Source: Candidatus Thermofontivivens primus (GTDB lineage: Bacteria > Sysuimicrobiota > Sysuimicrobiia > Sysuimicrobiales > Thermofontiviventaceae). Taken from it: a DNA stretch of 64,000 bases. Under the pieces are notes generated by a model, which was given only the letters and a program-made list of their open reading frames with translations, had not been told where the DNA came from and ran no database searches. Positions 1-9,567 of the stretch are shown here, in pieces; the stretch's first letter is position 1, and every line of letters starts with the position of its first letter. Both the position numbers and the translations under genes were made by a program. The stretch covers positions 224,001 through 288,000 of the forward strand of contig JAVKJW010000001.1 of the NCBI GenBank assembly GCA_031458695.1, given 5' to 3'.

Positions 1-787
1 AGGGAGCGTAGGTGAGCTGGTCGATCCCCGATTGAACCATGTTCCCCCAGGTTGGGATGGGCGGGGGGACGCCTAGGCCAAGGAAGTTCAGGTTGGCCTC
101 TACGCGGATGGCTGTGGCTGTCCACAAACTCCCCATCACAACGATCTCCCCCGCCACATTGGGCAGGATGTGGCGGAGGAGGATTTTCCAATCGCTGGAC
201 CCAATCGCCCGCGCCGCTTCCACATACTCCTTCTCTTTGACCGCGAGGGCAGGACCATAGCTCAGCCGGGCAAACCGCGGGGTCATGACAATGCCAATGG
301 CGATGATGAGGCGATCCAGGCCGGCCCCAAGCACTGCCAGGATCATGATTCCCAGGATCTCATCGGGGAAGGACATGAGGACATCCACCGCGCGCATAAT
401 GAGAGCGCCAAGGGTTTTCCCTCGGTAGGCCGCGAGGAGCCCAAGGAGGGATCCGGCGATCATACCGAAGGCTACAGAGAGGATGCCCACGGCCAGGGAG
501 ATCCGTGCACCCCAGATCAACCGGGAGAAGACGTCACGCCCATAACTATCTGTCCCCATGAGGTGGGTGCGTTCGGGAGGGGTGAGCCGGTAGAACACGT
601 TCTGGGCTAGGGGATCGTAGGGGGCGATCCAGGGGGCGAACAGTGCAGTCATGACCACAAGGAGGGCAACCACCATCCCAGCCACCGCGGTCCTGTTCCG
701 GAGAAACGTCCGCCACCTCCTTCGCCTTGGCCGCTCCTTTACGGCCCATTCAGGGATCGCCCTTGTGCTTACCAGTTCGTCAGTCAT
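1..787 (-). CDS. Peptide/nickel ABC transporter permease (DppC/OppC family), truncated by window edge
   Basis: Read manually (absent from ORF track because it runs off the edge): MTDELVSTRAIPEWAVKERPRRRRWRTFLRNRTAVAG...HLMGTDSYGRDVFSRLIWGARISL...KEYVEAARAIG...RHILPN; EAA loop; ATG overlaps the stop of the upstream permease. Confidence 0.93.
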   Translation of the reverse strand, partial: MTDELVSTRAIPEWAVKERPRRRRWRTFLRNRTAVAGMVVALLVVMTALFAPWIAPYDPLAQNVFYRLTPPERTHLMGTDSYGRDVFSRLIWGARISLAVGILSVAFGMIAGSLLGLLAAYRGKTLGALIMRAVDVLMSFPDEILGIMILAVLGAGLDRLIIAIGIVMTPRFARLSYGPALAVKEKEYVEAARAIGSSDWKILLRHILPNVAGEIVVMGSLWTATAIRVEANLNFLGLGVPPPIPTWGNMVQSGIDQLTYAP

Positions 788-1721
788 ATCGGATCCTGGG
801 GTCTACAAGCCCGTAGAGAAGATCGGTCAAGAGGTTGAGGAGCACAGCGAACGCTGCATAGATCACCATCACCGATTGCAGGACAGCATAATCCCGTTGC
901 TTCATGGCTGTGAGCATGATCTTCCCAAGGCCTGGCCGGGAGAAGACGATCTCCACCATCACCGAGCTTCCCAAGAGGACGATGGAGTAGATTCCGATAA
1001 TCGAGATGATGGGGATCAACGCCGACCGGAGAGCGTGGCGGTAGAGGACTACCTGCTCGCGGAGCCCCTTGGCCCTCGCCGTGCGGATATAGTCCTCCCG
1101 CAGGACGTTGAGCATGGCCGAGCGGGTCATGCGGGTTACATAGGCAGTCATGACCAACCCGAGAGCAAGTCCGGGAAGGGTGAGGTGGAAGAGCCTGTCC
1201 ATGAGGTTTCCCGGACTCCCTGCGCCAAGGGTGGGGAAGAGGTTGAGCTTGATGGAGAGGAGATACATGAGGAGGATCCCCAGAAAGAATGCTGGGACGG
1301 AGAGGCCGGCCAGGGAGAACGTCCTCCCTAGGTAGTCTACGAAACTATTCCGGCGAACAGCGGTGAGGACTCCCAGGGGGACTCCAAAGAGAGCTCCCAG
1401 GAAGATCCCACTTGCAGTGAGCTCCAGGGTGTAGGGAAGGGCGGCGCGCACCTGCTCGGCAACAGGGACACCGCTGATGAGGGATTCGCCAAGGTTCCCG
1501 CGGAGGAGGTCACTGAGAAAGCTGAGGTATTGGATCCAAAGAGGCCGATTGAGTCCCATGCGCTCGCGGAAGGCCTGGAGAGTTTCCTCAGAGGCGTACT
1601 GTCCAAGGATTACAACGGCCGGGTCGCCCGGGGCCACGCGCAGGAGGAGAAAGACGAGCGTGAGGACCGTGAGTAGGGTAGGGATGGCGAGCAAGATGCG
1701 GCGGACGATATATCTGGCCAT
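780..1721 (-). CDS. Peptide/nickel ABC transporter permease (DppB/OppB family)
   Basis: MARYIVRR...PGDPA...GNLGES; EAA-type loop EDYIRTARAKGL; C-terminal DPRIR. Confidence 0.93.
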   Translation of the reverse strand: MARYIVRRILLAIPTLLTVLTLVFLLLRVAPGDPAVVILGQYASEETLQAFRERMGLNRPLWIQYLSFLSDLLRGNLGESLISGVPVAEQVRAALPYTLELTASGIFLGALFGVPLGVLTAVRRNSFVDYLGRTFSLAGLSVPAFFLGILLMYLLSIKLNLFPTLGAGSPGNLMDRLFHLTLPGLALGLVMTAYVTRMTRSAMLNVLREDYIRTARAKGLREQVVLYRHALRSALIPIISIIGIYSIVLLGSSVMVEIVFSRPGLGKIMLTAMKQRDYAVLQSVMVIYAAFAVLLNLLTDLLYGLVDPRIRYD

Positions 1722-1732
1722 TGAGAATTCTC

Positions 1733-1761
1733 CGGGGGCAGGCCTCAAAGGCCTGCCCCCG
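1733..1761. terminator. 13-bp GC-rich hairpin between SBP and permease genes (mRNA stabiliser or partial terminator)
   Basis: CGGGGGCAGGCCT-caa-AGGCCTGCCCCCG perfect inverted repeat, no U-tract. Confidence 0.6.
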
Positions 1762-1772
1762 CTGGTTCCACC

Positions 1773-3362
1773 TTACCTCCTTACGATCCTGGTGGTCTCA
1801 TCGATCTGCGGATAGAGAGCCAAGATGGATTTGAGCCGGTGTCCCCAATCCACAGAGGGCTTCCGGGCATACACGAATTTCGAGACGAACAATGGGTAAG
1901 CCGCCAGGTCACGGAGGATCTGGAGCTGAGCCTCCTTCCACAAACGTACCTGCTCCTTGGGGTCGGTGGCCTCTCGTGCGCGCTCGATGAGACGGTCCAC
2001 CCGGCTATAGTGGGAGAAGTTAGTAATGGGTGCCTTCCCTACTCGCACCGTGGAGGCGGAGTGGTAGAACTGGGTCAGGAAGATGTCCGCGCTCGGGCGC
2101 ATGGCCACGTAAAGGACAATGGGGCTCAAGTCCTGGCGGATCTGGGCGTGGAAGGTGGCGTGGTCCACGACCTTGAGATTCAGGTTGATCCCCACGGTCC
2201 GGAGCTGGGCCTGGATGTTCTCCATGGGCCTGCGGTACTGGGCCCGTTCGGAGATAATGACGTCAAGGGAGAACCCTCCTGGGAGACCTTCCTCCCTGAG
2301 CAGCTGCTTAGCATAGTCGCGGTTGGTGGGATAGGCAAGACCCGCCTCGGTCACTTCCTTCTCCGTGAGACCTCCGGGGAGCTCAGGAGGAACAGGGGAG
2401 AAGAGCGGGGTGGCGATGGCGGGCCCAACGAAGGCGACAAGCTCCTTCCGGCTCAAAGCGTGGGCGATCGCCTGGCGTACCCTGAGCCTCTTCAAGGGCT
2501 CCTGGGTGATGTTGAAGTGAAGGGTGGCGGTTTCCCCAGGACCGAACACATCCACCACGGTGTTGGGGACCTTCCGCATCTTCTCCACCCAAGGCTGCTC
2601 CATGGGCCCTTCAATGGCGTCCAACTCCCCACGCTGGAGGGCGAACTCCCGGCTGCTCAGGTCCGGCATATACCAGACCTCAACGCGCTCCAGGATGGGC
2701 TTCCCGCGGAAGTACCGGTCGTTGCGCACAAGCACCGTCTTCTGTCCTGGGACGTACTCGCTGAACATGAAGGGTCCTGTTCCAACGGGGCGCGTCTTGA
2801 ACCTATCACCAAGGGCTTCCACGGCGCGCTTGCAGACGATGAACCCGCCAGAGTAGTTGGTCAGGTAGCGTTCGGGGTTCGGGACGCGGCGCTTGAGGGT
2901 AACACGGACGGTGTACTTGTCCACCGCGGTGGCCGTGAAGGGTGCCATATCTCCGGCATAGGCGGAAGTCGCAGGCGTCGCAGATTTGGCGATGGAGTAG
3001 ACGACATCCTCGCTGGTCAGCTCGTATCCCTCCGGTGCCCCTGGGAAGGGGTGGCAGCGTACGCCCTGACGGAGGGTGAAGGTGAGGGTCATCCCGTCGC
3101 TGGAGACCTCATAACGGCTGGCCAGGTCAGGTTCGACCTGGGAGATGTCCCCGGGCTTGAACCGCAAAAGGCCGTTGAAGACCATATCGACCACGGCCCG
3201 ATCCATGGTCGCAGAAGCCATATGCGGGTCGAGGGTTCTCAGGTCGCCGGCATCGAACCCAATGCGCAGGACCTGCCGCTCGGCCAGCTGGGCCTGGGAG
3301 GGAATGGTTGGGCTCACGAGGAGGAGAGCGACGAATAACCCTGCCAGGAGTCTCCGTGCCAT
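1773..3362 (-). CDS. Family-5 (peptide/nickel) ABC substrate-binding protein
   Basis: SD AGGAGG before ATG 3362; signal peptide MARRLLAGLFVALLL; motifs TLDPH, PDLA, FTLRQGV, PVGTGPF. Confidence 0.92.
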   Translation of the reverse strand: MARRLLAGLFVALLLVSPTIPSQAQLAERQVLRIGFDAGDLRTLDPHMASATMDRAVVDMVFNGLLRFKPGDISQVEPDLASRYEVSSDGMTLTFTLRQGVRCHPFPGAPEGYELTSEDVVYSIAKSATPATSAYAGDMAPFTATAVDKYTVRVTLKRRVPNPERYLTNYSGGFIVCKRAVEALGDRFKTRPVGTGPFMFSEYVPGQKTVLVRNDRYFRGKPILERVEVWYMPDLSSREFALQRGELDAIEGPMEQPWVEKMRKVPNTVVDVFGPGETATLHFNITQEPLKRLRVRQAIAHALSRKELVAFVGPAIATPLFSPVPPELPGGLTEKEVTEAGLAYPTNRDYAKQLLREEGLPGGFSLDVIISERAQYRRPMENIQAQLRTVGINLNLKVVDHATFHAQIRQDLSPIVLYVAMRPSADIFLTQFYHSASTVRVGKAPITNFSHYSRVDRLIERAREATDPKEQVRLWKEAQLQILRDLAAYPLFVSKFVYARKPSVDWGHRLKSILALYPQIDETTRIVRR

Positions 3363-3525
3363 AGTCCACCTCCTTTTGGATCTGACCGCAGAGCCTGTGC
3401 CCGGTACCGCCATGTGAGCTAAGCCAACTGTTGGATTCGCTTGGGAGAAAGGGAGTTCCTTCACAGGGTCCTCCCCTGAGGACCCAGGCAAAAGCCCAAA
3501 GACCTTTAGGAGTGCCGAGGACACG

Positions 3526-5487
3526 CTAACGGAACAAGGGCGCGAACACTAGGGAGACGACGGTCATCAGCTTAATCAGGATGTTCAGAGCAGGGCCCGC
3601 CGTGTCCTTGAAGGGATCGCCCACTGTGTCGCCGATGACGCTGGCTTTATGCGCGTCGCTCCCCTTTCCACCGAGGTTCCCTTCCTCGATGAACTTCTTC
3701 GCGTTGTCCCACGCCCCCCCAGCGTTGGCGAGGTAGAGGGCAAGGGGGACGCCTGTCACAATGGCTCCTGCGAGGAGGCCACCCACGCTTTCCCGCCCAA
3801 GCGTAAGCCCCACGAGGATGGGGATGATCACAGCGCTCAGGCCTGGAAGGACCATCTCCTTAAGCGCCCCCTGGGTGGCGATCCCTACACAGGAGGCGTA
3901 ATCCGGCTTCGCCCGGCCTTCCAACAACCCAGGGACCTCCCGGAACTGACGGCGGACCTCCTCCACCATGATATGGGCTGTCCGGCCCACGGCGCGCATG
4001 GCCATGGCTGCAAACATGAAGGGGATGATCCCTCCCATGAATAGGCCGGTGATCACCTCTGGATCCATGACATTGATGGTTTCCAGGCGTGCGGCCTGCC
4101 GGTAGAAGAAGAACAGGGCGAGGGCGGTGAGGGCGGCCGAACCAATGGCAAATCCCTTGGCGATGGCTGCAGTGGTGTTCCCTGCAGCATCGAGGGAGTC
4201 GGCCACGCGCCGCGTCTCCGACCCGAGGTGGGCCATCTCGGCGATCCCCGCGGCATTGTCGGCGATGGGGCCGTAGGCATCGACGGAAACGGTCATCCCT
4301 GTAATGGAGAGCATGCCGATGGCGGCAACGGCGATCCCATAGAAGTCTGCCAGCCGGAAGGCGAACAAGCTGGCCAGGGCGAGCACCACAAGGGGGGCAA
4401 GGGTGCTCAACATCCCCACGGCGGTTCCTCCAATGATGACCGTGGCTGGCCCTGTTCTCGCCTGGTCCGCAAGCCACTGGACCACCCTTCCAGAAGTGTA
4501 GTACTCGGCAGTCAGCCCGATGACGATGCCGGCGAGGAGCCCAAGGAAGGTCGCCCAGAAGACCCGCACATCTCCGAAAAAGAACCGCACGAGGATGTAG
4601 GATGCAATGGCCATGAGAATGGCGCTTGCGAAGGTCCCCCGTCGCAGGGCGGCTTGAGGGTCCCTGGCCACTCCCGCCCCCACGAAGAACGTCCCCAGGA
4701 TCGAGCTGAAAATGCCCGCTGCGGCGAGCAAGAGGGCGAGGACTGCACCCTGGCTCCCGCGTGTGGCCAGCCCGATGGCGAGCCCGGCGATCACGGACCC
4801 CACATAGGACTCAAACAGGTCTGCCCCCATCCCAGCGACGTCTCCGACGTTATCCCCCACTGCGTCGGCGATGACCGCAGGGTTGCGGGGATCATCCTCC
4901 GGGATCCCCGCTTCCACCTTCCCCACGAGGTCGGCGCCCACATCCGCGGCTTTTGTATAGATCCCGCCCCCTACGCGGGCGAACAGGGCAACGGAGCTTG
5001 CCCCGAGGGAGAACCCGATAACCTCGCCGGGGTCCCTGTAGATCCAGTAAAGGATCCCTACGCCCAGGAGCCCTAGGCCCACCACTGTCATCCCCATGAC
5101 TGCGCCACCTGGGAAGGCTACCCGGATTGCCTCGCTCAATCCCGACTGGGCAGCCCTTGCTGTGCGCGCGTTGGCGCGCGTAGCGATCTGCATACCGAAG
5201 AATCCTGCGCTAACGGAACAGGCGGCGCCAATCACGAAAGCCAGGGCGGTGCGCCAGGAAATCCCAGGGGTGATTCCCGTGGCCAGGACAATGAACATGA
5301 CGAGGACGAAAATGGCGATGGCCCTGTATTCCCGGTTCAGGAAGGCCATGGCCCCCTCGTGGATGGCGTCAGAGATCGCCACCATCTCAGGGGTTCCTCT
5401 CTCTCGCCGGCTGACTCCAAGGGACAAAATCGCGGCGTAGCCGAGGGCCACAACTCCAGCAATGGGCCCCCACCACGTCAGTTCCAT
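3526..5487 (-). CDS. hppA: Membrane-bound pyrophosphatase, K+-dependent, probably Na+-translocating
   Basis: [50 protein letters not shown] (Ala = K+-dependent type); [17 protein letters not shown]. Confidence 0.95.
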   Translation of the reverse strand: MELTWWGPIAGVVALGYAAILSLGVSRRERGTPEMVAISDAIHEGAMAFLNREYRAIAIFVLVMFIVLATGITPGISWRTALAFVIGAACSVSAGFFGMQIATRANARTARAAQSGLSEAIRVAFPGGAVMGMTVVGLGLLGVGILYWIYRDPGEVIGFSLGASSVALFARVGGGIYTKAADVGADLVGKVEAGIPEDDPRNPAVIADAVGDNVGDVAGMGADLFESYVGSVIAGLAIGLATRGSQGAVLALLLAAAGIFSSILGTFFVGAGVARDPQAALRRGTFASAILMAIASYILVRFFFGDVRVFWATFLGLLAGIVIGLTAEYYTSGRVVQWLADQARTGPATVIIGGTAVGMLSTLAPLVVLALASLFAFRLADFYGIAVAAIGMLSITGMTVSVDAYGPIADNAAGIAEMAHLGSETRRVADSLDAAGNTTAAIAKGFAIGSAALTALALFFFYRQAARLETINVMDPEVITGLFMGGIIPFMFAAMAMRAVGRTAHIMVEEVRRQFREVPGLLEGRAKPDYASCVGIATQGALKEMVLPGLSAVIIPILVGLTLGRESVGGLLAGAIVTGVPLALYLANAGGAWDNAKKFIEEGNLGGKGSDAHKASVIGDTVGDPFKDTAGPALNILIKLMTVVSLVFAPLFR

Positions 5488-5539
5488 CTCCTCTCCTCAC
5501 CCCCTCTCTTTGTCCTACAGTCGCTTCCCCATTCTCATC

Positions 5540-6637
5540 CTAGAAAAACGCCCAGGTCTTGGGGATGAACAACTGCTCAGCCATGCGGATGGCGTAGCGG
5601 TCGGTCATCCCTGCGAGGAAGTCGCAAACCACCCGCCTTCGTTCCTCTCCCTCCTCGATCAGCGCCCTATACTCTTCGGAGATCGCCTCTGGATGGTTGA
5701 GGTAGTACTCGAAGAGGCGAACGAGGAGGCCCTGGGCTTTATCCACCTCTGCCTTGGCCTCAGAACCCATATACACGTGCTCGGTGAGGAAATCCTTCAG
5801 GATATTCAGGGCCTTCCGAACCTCCTCACTCATCTGGATCACAGGCTGGTCGGTGCTCGCGTGGACGAGGTCCTTCACCAAGGTGTCGAGCCACTTGCCC
5901 CGGGTCTCCCCGAGGACTCTTTTCACCTCTCCGGGGACGTCCTCTTCGCGGAGAATGCGCGCTCGGATCGCGTCATCCGTGTCGTGGTGCACATAGGCGA
6001 TCCGATCGGCGATCCGGGCGATCTGGCCCTCCAGGGTCGAAGGGAGACCTTCCTCTGCGAGCTCCCCCAAGGGTTCGAGGTCCCTGAGACCCTTGGAGTG
6101 ACCGCGGATACCGTCTAAGACCTCCCACGTGAGGTTCAGCCCACGCACCACTGTGCCGTCAGAGCGGCGCCGCGTCTCTAGGATCTGCACAACCCGCAGG
6201 CTCTGCTCATAGTGGCGGAACCCTCCATGGTCTGCCATGAGTCGATCGAGAATCTCCTCTCCGGCATGTCCGAAGGGAGGGTGGCCCAGGTCATGGGCGA
6301 GGACGATGGCCTCGGTGAGGTCCTCGTTCAACCGCAGGGCACGGGCAATGGTGCGGGCGATCTGGGCAACTTCCAAGGTGTGGGTGAGGCGGGTTCTGTA
6401 GTGGTCCCCTTCTGGGGCGATGAAGACCTGGGTCTTGTGCTTGAGGCGGCGGAAGGCCTTAGAGTGGAGGACCCGGTCGCGATCCCGCTGGAAGCACGTG
6501 CGGAGCTCATCCTCCTCTTCGGGGATCGTCCTCCCTCGCGACTTGCAGGCCAGGGTGGCAAAAGGGGAAAGGTGTTGCCTCTCCCACTCCTCCCATCGCT
6601 CCCGAGGTTGCAATCCGCCCCACCTGCCTTGATGCAT
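5540..6637 (-). CDS. dgt: dGTP triphosphohydrolase-like HD protein
   Basis: FQRDRDRVLHSKAFRRLKHKTQV, RTRLTH, AHDLGHPPFGHAGE, AGMTDRYA. Confidence 0.92.
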   Translation of the reverse strand: MHQGRWGGLQPRERWEEWERQHLSPFATLACKSRGRTIPEEEDELRTCFQRDRDRVLHSKAFRRLKHKTQVFIAPEGDHYRTRLTHTLEVAQIARTIARALRLNEDLTEAIVLAHDLGHPPFGHAGEEILDRLMADHGGFRHYEQSLRVVQILETRRRSDGTVVRGLNLTWEVLDGIRGHSKGLRDLEPLGELAEEGLPSTLEGQIARIADRIAYVHHDTDDAIRARILREEDVPGEVKRVLGETRGKWLDTLVKDLVHASTDQPVIQMSEEVRKALNILKDFLTEHVYMGSEAKAEVDKAQGLLVRLFEYYLNHPEAISEEYRALIEEGEERRRVVCDFLAGMTDRYAIRMAEQLFIPKTWAFF

Positions 6638-6677
6638 CCACCGGAAAAAGGGAACTTGTCGGCGCTTCTCCGGTGCC

Positions 6678-9374
6678 CTACACGTCCTTTCTTACCATGA
6701 TCCTGTCTCGAAGCGTAGCCTGGGCAGCGGCCAAGCGGGCGACGGGGACACGGTAAGGCGAGCAGCTCACGTAGTCCATGCCGAGCTGGTGACAAAGCTC
6801 AATGGATGCAGGGTCTCCGCCATGCTCGCCGCAGATCCCCACTTCCAGATCCGGCCGGGTCTTGCGCCCAAGCTCGATTCCCATGCGCATGAGCTTTCCC
6901 ACGCCCTCTCGGTCCAGGACCTGGAAGGGGTCCTCCTTGAGGATCCCCTTCTGGATGTAGGCGTGCAGGAACTTCCCCTCGGCATCGTCGCGGCTGAACC
7001 CGAACACCGTCTGGGTGAGGTCATTCGTCCCGAAAGAGAAGAACTCGGCGATCTCGGCGATCTCATCGGCGGTAAGGGCGGCGCGGGGGATCTCGATCAT
7101 CGTTCCGAACATGTACTTCAACTCCACCCCGGCCTCCTGGATGATCTCCTCGGCGATGGCCCGCAATTGCTCATGGATGACCCGCAGCTCATTGATGTGC
7201 CCTACGAGGGGGATCATCACCTCCGGGATGACTTTCACACCTTCCTTCACTAGCTCAGTGGCCGCCTGGAAGATGGCCCGGACCTGCATCTCATAGATCT
7301 CCGGGTAGAGGATCCCCAACCGGCACCCCCGGAGGCCTAGCATGGGGTTGAACTCATGAAGGGCCCGGACGCGGCGTAATAGCTTTTCCTTCCGCTCTAG
7401 CTCCTCAGGCCGGTCGCCTCGGATGCGCAGCTCCGTCACCTCCACGAGGAGGTCCTCCAGCCTGGGGAGGAACTCGTGGAGGGGCGGGTCGAGGAGACGG
7501 ATGATCACAGGGAGACCCTCCATCTCTCGGAAGATCCCTTTGAAGTCCTCCTTCTGGATAGGGAGGAGTCTTTCAAGCGCGGCGGCTCGCTCTTCCTTGG
7601 TGGCCGCCATGATCATCTCCTGGACAATGGGCAGGCGGTCTGGCTCCATGAACATGTGTTCGGTGCGGCACAGCCCGATGCCCTCGGCTCCGTATTCCCT
7701 GGCCTTCTTCGCATCCCGCGGATAGTCCGCATTCGCCCGCACACCCAGTCGGCGGACTTCATCGGCCCAAGAGAGGAGTTCCATGACTTCTCCGGAGAGT
7801 TGTGGCTCGATGACGGGGGCCTCGCCGAGCATCACCTCCCCCGTGCTCCCGTCGATGGTCAGGAGGTCTCCTTCCCGGACGACGATCTCATCCACCCGGA
7901 ACTCCCGCCTGACCAGGTCGATGGAAATAGCCTCCGCTCCGACAACGGCGGGCTTACCCATTCCGCGGGAGACGATGGCCGCGTGGCTGGTCATCCCTCC
8001 GCGGCTCGTCAGCACACCCTGGGCGGCGGCGAGGCCGTGGATGTCATCGGGGTTCGTCTCGGGACGGACCAGGATCACCTTGTGCCCGTCCCTCCCGAGC
8101 GCTTCTGCCTGGTCGGCATCAAACACGGCGATCCCGGATGCCGCTCCAGGGGAAGCGGGAAGTCCCTTGGCGATGACCTTGGGCTTGTGCAGAGGATCGA
8201 TGGAGGGGTGGAGGAGCTTGGCCAGATCTTCGGGGTCGACCCGCATGAGGGCTTCTTCCTTGGTGATCAACCCCTCCTTGACCATGTCCACGGCGATCTT
8301 CACCGCTGCCTGGGCAGTGCGCTTCCCTGTCCGCGTCTGCAGTAACCAGAGCTTTCCCCGCTCGATGGTGAACTCTAGGTCCTGGACGTCGCGATAGTGG
8401 CGTTCGAGGAGATCGCAGACCTCGAGGAACTGGCGGTACACTTGAGGGTTCTCCTGCGCGAGGTCGCGAATCGGCTTGGGGGTGCGAATCCCGGCGACGA
8501 CATCCTCGCCCTGGGCGTTCATCAGGTACTCCCCATAGACCTCCTTCTCTCCTGTGGCGGGATTCCGGGTGAATGCCACGCCGGTCCCAGAGTCCTCTCC
8601 CATGTTCCCGAAGACCATGGTCTGGATGTTCACGGCCGTGCCGAGGTCATGGGGGATCTTGTTGAGATTTCGATAGGTGATGGCCCGGGGGTTGTTCCAG
8701 GACTCAAACACAGCGCGGATAGCCATCTCCAGCTGCTCCCAGGGATCTGCAGGGAAATCCTTCCCTGTCTCCTCCCGGATGATGCGCTTGTATTCTTCCA
8801 CAACCTCCTTGAGATCGGAGGCATCCAATTCGGTGTCCAGCTTGACTCCCTTACGTGTCTTGATTCCGCTGAGCGCCTCCTCGAAGCGCTCGTGCTTGAT
8901 CCCCAGGACCACGTTGCCGAACATCTGCAGGAACCTCCTGTAGGAGTCATAGGCAAAGCGGGGGTTCCCGGTGAGGTTCGCAAGGCCTTCCGTGGTCTGG
9001 TCGTTGAGCCCCAGGTTCAGCACCGTATCCATCATCCCTGGCATGGAGAACTTCGCCCCAGATCGCACTGAGACGAGGAGAGGGTTTGCAGGATCCCCAA
9101 AGCGCTTCCCTGTTCTCTCCTCGAGGATGCGGAGCTTCTCCCGGACTTCCTCCATGAGGCCCTCGGGCAATTTCCTGCCTAATCGGTAGTACTCGTTGCA
9201 GACCTCCGTCGTGATGGTGAACCCTGGGGGGACGGGGAGGCCGATCCGGCTCATCTCCGCGAGGCCTGCACCTTTCCCACCTAAGAGGTCCCGCATCTCC
9301 GCGTTTCCTTCCTCGAACATGTAGATGCGCTTCACTGGTGTAGCGGGTTTTGCAGTGGACTTCTTCTTGGCCAT
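6678..9374 (-). CDS. ppdK: Pyruvate, phosphate dikinase
   Basis: LGGKGAGL, SVRSGA, GGMTSHAA phospho-His motif, GLCRTEHM, SFGTNDLTQ. Confidence 0.97.
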   Translation of the reverse strand: MAKKKSTAKPATPVKRIYMFEEGNAEMRDLLGGKGAGLAEMSRIGLPVPPGFTITTEVCNEYYRLGRKLPEGLMEEVREKLRILEERTGKRFGDPANPLLVSVRSGAKFSMPGMMDTVLNLGLNDQTTEGLANLTGNPRFAYDSYRRFLQMFGNVVLGIKHERFEEALSGIKTRKGVKLDTELDASDLKEVVEEYKRIIREETGKDFPADPWEQLEMAIRAVFESWNNPRAITYRNLNKIPHDLGTAVNIQTMVFGNMGEDSGTGVAFTRNPATGEKEVYGEYLMNAQGEDVVAGIRTPKPIRDLAQENPQVYRQFLEVCDLLERHYRDVQDLEFTIERGKLWLLQTRTGKRTAQAAVKIAVDMVKEGLITKEEALMRVDPEDLAKLLHPSIDPLHKPKVIAKGLPASPGAASGIAVFDADQAEALGRDGHKVILVRPETNPDDIHGLAAAQGVLTSRGGMTSHAAIVSRGMGKPAVVGAEAISIDLVRREFRVDEIVVREGDLLTIDGSTGEVMLGEAPVIEPQLSGEVMELLSWADEVRRLGVRANADYPRDAKKAREYGAEGIGLCRTEHMFMEPDRLPIVQEMIMAATKEERAAALERLLPIQKEDFKGIFREMEGLPVIIRLLDPPLHEFLPRLEDLLVEVTELRIRGDRPEELERKEKLLRRVRALHEFNPMLGLRGCRLGILYPEIYEMQVRAIFQAATELVKEGVKVIPEVMIPLVGHINELRVIHEQLRAIAEEIIQEAGVELKYMFGTMIEIPRAALTADEIAEIAEFFSFGTNDLTQTVFGFSRDDAEGKFLHAYIQKGILKEDPFQVLDREGVGKLMRMGIELGRKTRPDLEVGICGEHGGDPASIELCHQLGMDYVSCSPYRVPVARLAAAQATLRDRIMVRKDV

Positions 9375-9567
9375 GCTTTCACCTACTTCCCCTGGGATAT
9401 GGCACATAGGGCTGGGAGATGCCCAGACCACTTATCATCTCGTAGATTACCACAATTGGCCCGTTCGTTGTAGAGGCAGGCCCCCGGCGTCTGCACTCGT
9501 AGACTTTCAGTACCCCGGCAAAGGCCTTCCTAGCTTTTGCCGTAAGCCCCACAAGGGGTAGTTCCTG

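Noticed and set aside
546..749. 67-aa minus-strand ORF from the track
   Set aside because: Wrong frame; the real permease frame runs from 787 off the window edge
3363..3525. Riboswitch in the leader of the peptide-binding protein gene
   Set aside because: Only a small hairpin (AGGGTCCTC/GAGGACCC); no known aptamer consensus or evident switch
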